Shown here: positions 53,984 to 64,000 of the stretch, one piece after another
How the letters are laid out: every line of letters starts with the position of its first letter
Numbering within the stretch: the first letter of the stretch is position 1
Origin: Catajapyx aquilonaris
Taxonomy: Eukaryota
NCBI GenBank assembly: GCA_000934665.2
Contig: KZ538128.1
Location: forward strand, 1-64,000
Direction: 5' to 3'
DNA length: 64,000 nt
The notes under the pieces: model-generated
What the model saw: the letters and a program-made list of their open reading frames with translations, nothing else
Databases searched by the model: none
What the model was told of the DNA's origin: nothing
Program-made: the position numbers and the translations under genes

Positions 53984-55384
53984 TGTAAAACTCAATACTC
54001 TGACATCTCCATTGCTGCCATTTATGATCATGTCACTATAACAATGACATGAAAATATAGTCACTCCTTCAAACTTTACACTTATCAGAGTATGCATCAC
54101 AGTTCGTGTAGAAAGTCATCCTTCATGAACACCTTCAAGGAAAAGTTTGTTCTACTGCATACATATACGGTATTATACAATAGCGCTCTATAGGCTACCC
54201 TGTAGAAAATATAAAGTCAAGGGCACCATATGAGTCATATTCAGATAATTATTATTCCAAAGAGCGGAACGAAATGATTGTTATCGATCGCCAGGTTGTC
54301 ATTCATAAATGGAACTTATTCTTTACCATCAATATTATAGCATCTCAAAAGGTCACGACATGATATCGTGGATTATAAGAAAATATGGTGGATCTAACAA
54401 GTTAATATGACAACCTTCATTTGCCATGAATGAAAGCTGTAGTTTTCATTTGTATCATTGACATATACCTGTTTTTAGCTTACAGTGTTTGACAGCCCTT
54501 TATTTGATCATCAGGCCTACAAAAGTTTCACAAAAAATGGCCAGTAGACTATATAATGAGAATGTTGAAAATCCACGCCGGTAAGTCTCTATTGCATACT
54601 TTTTGATGACAGAAACAATTTTAACGATCTTGCCAAGGTGTTGTGCATGGGGAAAGACTTTAATTGACGATTATTATACACAGCTTGCTTGGTCAAACGC
54701 TCCGACCTGCTATAGCTTGAAGGACAAAAATATTCTCTCCATTTTGCACTATATTGGTTTTACTTTACCCTGTTAATATAAATAAAAATAACTAGGCTAC
54801 CTAATATTCATGTGCTGTACCATGGGAGAAAAGCACTTAGGTCTAAGATTGTCAGCAAGCTATACCTTTTAGGTTTTACCATTTTCATTTCTGTCTTATT
54901 TCTGCTAATTCATTGGGTCCTTAATCCTGCATGCAGATTAGACGCAGCTATATTTTACTGCCAAATTGTATTTTCTTTTGGAATGTGCTTCATATTAATT
55001 TCTCTGACAAAATAATACGCGAAATCTAATAAGACACTGAATTACTATAGCTCTAAATTTTACTGCTAGTAAGGTGGAAGTCAGCTATCTACCACTGAAT
55101 ATATATGCTATTTTTAATTCCAAAAGAAGCGAACTGCTCGAAGCTAGCTGAACGTTTTGCTAGATTTGCTAATAAGTTATTCTTATAACAATTTTCCACC
55201 ATTTTGAATCTTTGTTGCAAGTACACTAACATAAACAGTAAGTAAATCAGGATTATTTTTAATAAACTGAATAGCTGGAGGGCCTGGGAGGGCAGTCCAT
55301 CCAGTTAGCCCTTCGACCTGATAACAATAAGGTAAGGAAGTATTAGTGCATCGTTTCCAAAGTGGTCAGGAGGGTTCATTGTGA

Positions 55385-55701
55385 GGAAAGAGTAGGCCTA
55401 ACCCCTACTGGCGGGCGGGAGGCGGCAGGGTGAGTGGTGGCTGGGAGCAGCTTGGCTGTGACGCAAAGGCAAGGATGCAAAGATTGATTTTTTTTGGATT
55501 TTGGAAGGGGTATGCTGTACCAACCTAACCTAACCAAGCCTAACCTTCCTTCCTTGCGCATACATACCTATCTTCAGCCATACACACCTATCATCAGCGG
55601 ATACACACCTATCCTTTATCGTTGCCTTTGCGACACAGCCCGCTGCCCCCACCGACTACTACCCTCCCGCCTCCCGCACGCCAGTAAGGTCAACTCTATC
55701 C
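55385..55701. mobile_element. palindromic MULE-like MITE
   Basis: Long imperfect TIRs GGA(A/T)AGAGT..; internal aacctaacctaacc; TSD cattgtga. Confidence 0.7.
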
Positions 55702-55909
55702 CATTGTGAAGCAGTCATCTCCTTTCCGTAAGGTTTAAAAATTATTTCAGCAGCGATAAAAATTGCAAAATAAGTTAATTATCTGGTGATTTCTTACAAA
55801 TATTCGTTGCTCTTGAGAACGGCAAATATCATAAATAACACTTGAAGTGCTGGTCCCTTGATAACCACCTCACCAGTTACGGGTATTCATCTACCAAACT
55901 ATCTAAGGA

Positions 55910-56471
55910 CTAAGGTCCAGTTGATTTTTTTTTCCTTTGCATTCTAAAATGCACGTGCTCCGCTATGAAGGCCACTGTTCCGATACCTATAGCGCAAATG
56001 ACAAGAACATACATGGGTCCCTTCATTTGATCTATTTTTAGAGCCATTGACATATCCCTGACACGGTTAATTCTTCTGGCATGCAAAAGCCCCTGCAAGA
56101 AAGCAGTGTACAAGAAATCTTCATTGTACTTGTGAATGAGTCCACTATACCCGAGAAAAGCCATCTTTCGATTAATAGCCGGTGAAAGAATGCTGTGCTT
56201 GGATAACACAAATGATACTATAATCTTCATGCTGGTATCAGGAGCAAGCATCAAGGGGTTGTGGCCATCACTGAATAGGAGTTGCATGGACCCTATTAGC
56301 AAGTAGATGTCGAGAGCCATGCAGGCCCACTCCTCATGCTCAGCCCTCATCACACATTCCATCAGGTTCTCCGACCTCTCCAGTTTTCTATTTACTTCTC
56401 GTTGGTATTCCAGCTCTGTATCCTCCACCAGCATTTTGAAAAATACAGCATGCTCTGCACCCAAGCCCCAT
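55910..56471 (-). CDS. divergent ionotropic receptor (IR), exon 5 (S2 lobe and M4)
   Basis: Acceptor atatgcag, phase 2; SFVLSKHSIL..INRK...SGLIHK...LKIDQMKGPMYVL..FIAE; TAG stop. Confidence 0.85.
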
Positions 56472-56768
56472 CTGCATATGGATCAAAATATTGGGTTAGA
56501 CACCATCATACAGAAGGTCAAAATTTTACATGAATTTATTAGAGCATAATTCTGAAGCGCAGGCATTGAAATGTCATTTGCTCAGTAAACTGAAAAAGGG
56601 CTTTTCTTTATCATAATGACAATTAAGAAATGGGTGGAGACCTAATGAACAAAGAGGTAGTTTCATTACCTGTAATTAGTTACCATTTTGAGTGCATTTT
56701 TATAAGTACGTAATTACAAAATTATTTTGAGCTCGATATTGTTAATATTTACTGATAGTATTACATAC

Positions 56769-57292
56769 CTCCACTTTGGCCGCCAGTCCACAAGTTCCTT
56801 GTAGTTGCTAGGCACTTCTTCCAAGACAGGCGCAGCAAGAAACGAAATGAGCATGGTGTCGTAGCCCATCGAGATGATATCCGAGAAGACCCACCAGAGG
56901 CAAATGAACATCCGTGCAGTGTTGGCTGTAGGAAGAAGGTTCGGGTTCTCTTCCACCAGGGTGGAAAACATGAATTGCATAGAGTAGAAAAACGAGTGGT
57001 CAGGGTAAGTGCCACTTCCCTTGAAGGGTTGCACCACAAAGGCATTTAGAACCCTCAAAATGCCCCAGAAGAATAAGGTAGCCAATACGCATGAGGCCAA
57101 AATGCACATCCACATATCAGCTGTATAAGGTTCGATGATGGACTTCCATGAATAGAGAGGTCGCTGACGATGAGTTATCATGGTGACGTACCCTTCAAAA
57201 ATGGCTCGTGGGTATTCGATCACTGACTGGGGTGGATCAAACATGATCGTAGGACCGCTGAACGGAGCTCGGTCGTATAGAACTTCTCCAAC
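56769..57292 (-). CDS. divergent IR, exon 4 (end of S1, M1-M3)
   Basis: VGEVLYDRA..PYTADMW..TARMFICLWWVFS..YDTMLISFL; GT-AG boundaries in frame. Confidence 0.9.
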
Positions 57293-57531
57293 CTGAGGAA
57301 TATATTATAATCGGATTGTGTGTGAACTATACTGTATAGCTCAAAAACATTGAAATTATTTTGCGTTGAAGCGAAATTTAATACAGTCTCAATCTTTTTG
57401 AGCGATAGAGTCCAGTACATGTCAAAGATTATAAAAGCTGCAGTGCTTTTCCTATGCCAATGTCTCTGATGGCTCTTTCACAATAATTGTAAAAGAGCCA
57501 TCAGAGAAAATGGTATAGGAAAAACACTTAC

Positions 57532-57887
57532 CATTCCGACCCAGGTACCATTGTCAAGCTGACTCTCAACAACCCCTGAGCCTAGAGACAGGAGTTTCAC
57601 GTTCCAAGTAAAGTTGAGGGAATCTCCACAGTCTGCCCAAAGAGCCTCAGCTGGAAACACGGGATGCATGTTACTCTGCCGTTGCCTCACACTCTCTCTG
57701 TTGTAAGCGTAAATAAAGAACCCCTCCAGGAATGTTCCTGATAGATCCACAGTGAAGTCGGGAAACATCTCGTTGCCATATAATTCGGACATTTTCAGGC
57801 CTTTTTCCTCATCATATTGTCCCACCGTTACCAGCTGCGGCTGACCTCCATTACAGAAAAAGCATTCTGACACCAGCTGTAACGTCT
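57532..57887 (-). CDS. divergent IR, exon 3
   Basis: ECFFCNGG..FPDFTVDLSG..LNFTW..DNGTWVGM|; phases consistent with flanking exons. Confidence 0.85.
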
Positions 57888-57942
57888 CTGAAACATAAAT
57901 GAATTACAATTATAAAAATCCACATGCGAATGGCACATTCAC

Positions 57943-58446
57943 CTTTGTATTGGTACCAGTAGGTATGTGGTCTCTCAAGATCCTTACCTGGCTGTGGGTG
58001 TATTCCCATCTTGTACAAAAAGGGGCGGTTCTTCCGATGCATTAAGGCTTGGGCCACGTCTCCACCATCCCTTCTCATGTAGACAATCCGATCATGTCTT
58101 GACCTGATCAAAGCAGAACGAGCCAGCTTCTCCAGCAACAAGGGTAGGTTATCCTGTAGGAATAAGAGCAGCACCAGGCCACAGGTAGGTCTGGCCAAGT
58201 CATGTGGAGGTGACTCCAACCATGAAAACCAATGGAGTAGTTTCATCTCGGGGAGCTTGCTCTCTGATTCGGTCAGTTGGATTTGAAGAATTGGTTGGTC
58301 CAGCGTGGCCTGATGGTAACGGAGGGCTTCCTGGATGGACAGGGGCAGTGTTGATGGATAATCATGACCCACTATCAGCCAACATGGGCCGGTATTGTTG
58401 GACAGCGCTTTTAGAAAGGAGCCAACTAGGCGGGTGGTGATATCGT
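57943..58446 (-). CDS. divergent IR, exon 2 (N-terminal domain)
   Basis: 504-nt open exon, phase 1 at both ends; acceptor cattttcccag with tactaa branch point; donor GTGAAT; followed by a 55-nt intron. Confidence 0.8.
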
Positions 58447-58691
58447 CTGGGAAAATGCAGCCATTTAGTATGCAACACGGACAGCAACATTTTATCTAAA
58501 TAAAACTATAAGATTTAAAAAATGTAACCCGAGTCTACTTATGACACTACAATTTCATTGTTAGTTTTATCGTTAAGTGTTTACAATAATTGTTGCCATT
58601 GTGACGTCAATAATGACATTCAAAATCACTCTGACATAATTATGTACCGTATTGGAAAATATTCACATTAGGGTACAAACAGTGCTCATAC

Positions 58692-58770
58692 CTGCAGCTA
58701 ATGATGGACTATGAGCGTTTACAGTCGCATACGGCAGTAAAAGTAACAAAATCAGGATTATAGGGCCCAT
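58692..58770 (-). CDS. divergent IR, exon 1 (signal peptide); protein about 674 aa in total
   Basis: MGPIILILLLLLPYATVNAHSPSLAA plus phase-1 donor GTATGA. Confidence 0.75.
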
Positions 58771-59616
58771 TGTAGCACACTGACAAAATTTCTACATTCC
58801 CCTGTTTTATATAGGTAGCTACATCATCATTTTGGCCTTCTTCAGGGAAATTGCACGGTGCCATAGGTCAGTTTAAATAGTTGATGGATAACTACTCTTG
58901 ATTATGGCATGTCACGGAAAATGCTTAGAAATTTGTTATATGACGTAGAGTACTTGCCTATCCACTCGACCCTCCCTGTTTCAGGTTACGCCCTCCATAT
59001 TTCAACATCCGTCAGTTAGTGGTAATATTGCACTTTGCATTGGACTGTTCAATAATATATGAGTCAAATCAATTTTCCATCGGTTCTGTCATTTGCGAAT
59101 TATTACTGCACTAAAATTCAGTGCATGAGGTCGCAGACAGCATGTTAGAACAAAATGTGGAGTTCTCTTTCTCATGTACAAGATGGTGAACTGCCCAAGT
59201 TCAAAGCGGTTCAACAGCAGAGAGTGACGGGTTTAAAGAGAAGCCACAAGTACGTCATACGTGAATGTGACCATGACTGTAGATGAAAAAAAAAGTTGCT
59301 TCTCTTTCAAGTCGTTGCTGGAGTAAACAAGAGACAACTATTTCCCCTTCCACTCTTAAACTGGAGACTAAGGCAAGTGCACTGCCCAGTAGGCTTATTA
59401 GGGTGGGATGTGAACCCTGAATAATAGATCAAATAACATACACTTCAAGTCGATTTCAAAAATAATCTGAGCAAAAGTAAAGGTAAATAAAAATCAATGC
59501 TATACGGCATACGGCCTACACAGTAGTCTAACGTCACAATCGCATAAAAACTATTTATATTCAACCAGAACTACTATACCGGTACTGGAAGCACCCCTGA
59601 AACTATAAGGAGAACT

Positions 59617-59882
59617 GAAGGGTGTGGTGGAAAAAGGTGATAACCCTCACTTTTGTTCATTTTTGACCTAAACACCTAGCAACTATGTAAAAGACACGAC
59701 AAACAGTTTGGTAGGCTCCAAGAGTTCACGTATCATGCACGAGACGGCAACACGGACTAGATCAAAACCCGATTTGTTTTTTAAGTAGACTGTGATTTGT
59801 GAAGCAAAGTTGAATTCGCTCTCCTGAACAATTGCACTTTTGTGGGTTATCACCTTTTTCCACCACACGGTTCACACCCCTC
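59617..59882 (-). mobile_element. Sola-like MITE, copy 2
   Basis: Inverted copy of 38018-38269; 4-bp TSD AACT. Confidence 0.8.
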
Positions 59883-60003
59883 AACTATAGAAAGGGGCAA
59901 GGAAATAATATCTTTCAGAAACGCTTACAGGTTTGTAGATTCACGATCCAAGATTGTTGTTCATTGGTATTTAACCCATTGAGCCCCAGCCGCCTAGAAT
60001 CTA

Positions 60004-61420
<1,417 letters not shown>

Positions 61421-61524
61421 GGTTAATGGTTCAAGGTAGTTCTACAACTGGCCTGCGAAAAAAGAAGTGACTGTGCGAACAGATCATGGGTGGTGCAGAA
61501 ATATGGCTTTATGATCTGTTTACA

Positions 61525-61944
61525 CGGTATCCCGACAACTGGCTGCATGTCAACTGGCCGCGGGTCATTTGGCTGCTGTGCCATTAGGCTGCGGTAAAAA
61601 TGGCTGCTGCCTTTTAGTTTCTGATTAACTTGGCTGCAGTCAGAGTTGCTATGATCAAATGGCTCGAGACAAGGGTTTTGCAGAATGAGAATCTGAGTAC
61701 ATAAATGCAACTTGGCCTAAAGGCTGTGCCCGTTGTGTTGGTGTCATCTGTATGGCTTTGGGGTGACCACACCAACACTGTCCGTTTTGTGGCGCCGCAG
61801 GCCAACGACCATTATTGCGGCTTTGCCAACCTTCAAGCTGACGCTGATATACGTATCATCAGCGAAATGACCGCCCACCAAATGGCATGGCAGCCAGTTA
61901 TTGACCCGCAGCCAGTTGACCTACAGCCAAAAGTCGTCTATTCG
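61525..61944. mobile_element. MULE-like MITE
   Basis: Inverted arms ggctg..gtcaactgg.cgcgggtca / tgacccgcagccagttgac; flanking direct repeat gtttaca. Confidence 0.55.
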
Positions 61945-62016
61945 TTTACATTGCCACTTCCTTTAACCAAGCTATCTTTAGCAGTTTATTTTAATTGTTA
62001 CATTATTGTTAAAAAC

Positions 62017-62354
62017 TGTAGGGAGACGGAGTGGCGCCGTGGTAACGCGTGCGCCCACGGAAGTTAAGGTCCCGGGTTCAATCCCCACCCGGGGTCCCAC
62101 CTTCTTTCGTGCAGAGTGAGACCGTCTCTGGCTTCGTTTCGGGTGGCGATCCTTGCACATAAGCCACCCGGGGGAGTTCACAAAACGGCAAATACAACGT
62201 CTGTGCACACGCACTTTGCACATCCCCTCCTACCTACCCTTGGAACACACTAAGTACTATCACACAGTACACCAGTTCCACCCAAATGGTGGTAATTCCA
62301 CCCCCCTAATGGAAATTAACTCCCAACGGGGTACAATTAAAAAAAATAAAATAA
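62017..62354 (+). mobile_element. full-length tRNA-derived SINE
   Basis: A box tggcgccgtgg; B box ggttcaatcc; A-rich tail; 15-bp TSD attattgttaaaaac. Confidence 0.9.
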
Positions 62355-62784
62355 ATTATTGTTAAAAACCACTTGCAGCGTACGACAATTTACTTGTGAA
62401 AAAGAAGCAACTGAATGAATTGACTATTAAACAGTATTCCACTGATTTGCAGAAACAGCTGAATTGGATGGACCAGTGAAAACAGAAGTGCATAATTATA
62501 TCATTTATCAGTGTTATTAAAATATAGGTAAAGGCAGAAGGACGAGCCTACATTATATTAGATATTTCTACCACCAAAATTAGTAACCAATAATGAAAAC
62601 TAATAATGGCATTATGTGATTTCAAGAAGTTAAAAGTTCTGATATTGGCAGTCTGATATAACAGTTTAACTTAGAGAAACTATGGAGACGCATTTTGTAT
62701 TGTTTAGCCTGGGGAAGAGTCATTAGTCGGACTCGCCTCAAAGGCAATTAGCATGAAAAACTGATTTTACTAATCCAACACAGC

Positions 62785-62884
62785 ATGGACGACCCTTACG
62801 AGGAAGCAAGAAAGCTATGGCTCATAAAACGAGACCACTTTAGGGCTCTGCAGGTGGCAGCCGGAATGAAGGAAGACAAAAAAA
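62785..62884 (+). CDS. pitchfork/CIMAP3-like protein B, coding exon 1
   Basis: MDDPYEEARKLWLIKRDHFRALQVAAGMKEDKK plus phase-1 donor GTAAGA. Confidence 0.65.
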
Positions 62885-63675
62885 GTAAGAATCCGAATTA
62901 TTACGTATGTAGCCTAAGGCTACTACAGTTATCACTGTCAGAAAAAATCATGCAATAAGACAGCAGAAATATGGCAAATTACTGTAAAACTTCTTCAGGA
63001 CTCTTCTGTAACAGTACCGTATATAACATCCTGTATATTAATGTACCAAAGCGGGCAATGCAGTAGATATACATGATAATCATGCCCCTTCATATGGAAA
63101 AGTACCGGTACTATAAACTTCATATCTTCCAACAATTCGACATAGGCCTACCCAAATGCTATATGAAATACTCTAAAATAGTACAGTCCTGAACTCCTGA
63201 TGCATGCTGATACACATGCTGCACATACATATGAAGGGCATGTATATGAAGGGCTGATGTCTCAAATTCATGCAAAACTGTTTCTTTTTTGCAGAATTCA
63301 GGTGTCTGAAGCTGTTTATGACCCATGGAGGTGATCTGACGCCTAGTCATTATAATATATTTATTATGGGTCAGATCATCTTCATTCATCATAATTATAT
63401 TTAGGCTACATGAGCCCATCTACAAACACAACTGAATTATGCAAAAAAAAATGACATGAGGTTGGTATATGAGCGGGTCCTAAGGAGAGTTTACCCTAAA
63501 AGTTTGTCAGTACAGTATTATTACAGAAAACCTTTTATAAACGATATCATTATCTCGCCACAATTTAATAATAGACTACATAGCGTCATTATTTATAATC
63601 GCGTTCTACTGTATATATTTCATGCCCCACAACTAGACTACAGATAATGTAACAAATAAATGCTTTCTTTTGTAG

Positions 63676-64000
63676 AACATGTAATACCTGACTTGGCGTT
63701 TGGGAGCACACTTCCACGAAACAAGTGGCCAATGCCTTCAAGGCAATTCCTGCAAATCCCACCCAGCACAAATTATCTCATTACCCCAGTAAAACCCGAA
63801 GATTCCCTGGGTCCAATGTCCTACCATCGCGATGAAGTCACCAGCATGGTGTACCAGCTGGAGAAACAAATATGCAGCACCCGAGGTAGATACTTCGGTG
63901 CGACTCTCTACAAGCAACAACATATGTTCGCATTTGACAATAGCCAGTCGAGCACCCCTGGGCCCGGTACCTACACCAAATCGGAATACTATCCTGGGCC
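63676..64000 (+). CDS. PIFO: pitchfork/CIMAP3-like protein B, exon 2 (runs off the window end)
   Basis: Acceptor ctttcttttgtag, phase 1; HVIPDLAFGSTLPR...LGPMSY...CSTRG...STPGPGTY; open to the end of the window. Confidence 0.8.

Overview
Eukaryotic, AT-rich, repeat-dense invertebrate (probably arthropod) genomic DNA with spliceosomal introns; most short ORFs in the track are noise. I can assemble four host genes from splice signals and protein motifs. (1) A neurensin (NRSN/Vmp) homolog on +, with coding exons 28099-28440 and 39719-40195. (2) A pitchfork/CIMAP3-like SHIPPO-repeat ciliary gene on +, 4 coding exons, 47973-53079, with an RFX X-box about 100 bp upstream. (3) A 5-exon divergent ionotropic receptor on -, 58770-55910. 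(4) A second pitchfork-like paralog on + from 62785, running off the window end and absent from the ORF track. The 11.3-kb neurensin intron contains, antisense, a decayed intron-containing RAG1/Transib/Chapaev-type DDE transposase (about 36737-32594). It is preceded by a chromodomain-like companion ORF and interrupted by a Tc1/mariner MITE. The rest is MITEs (Tc1/mariner, pogo, hAT, Sola-like, MULE-like) and tRNA-derived SINEs with clear TSDs and a shared 3' tail.
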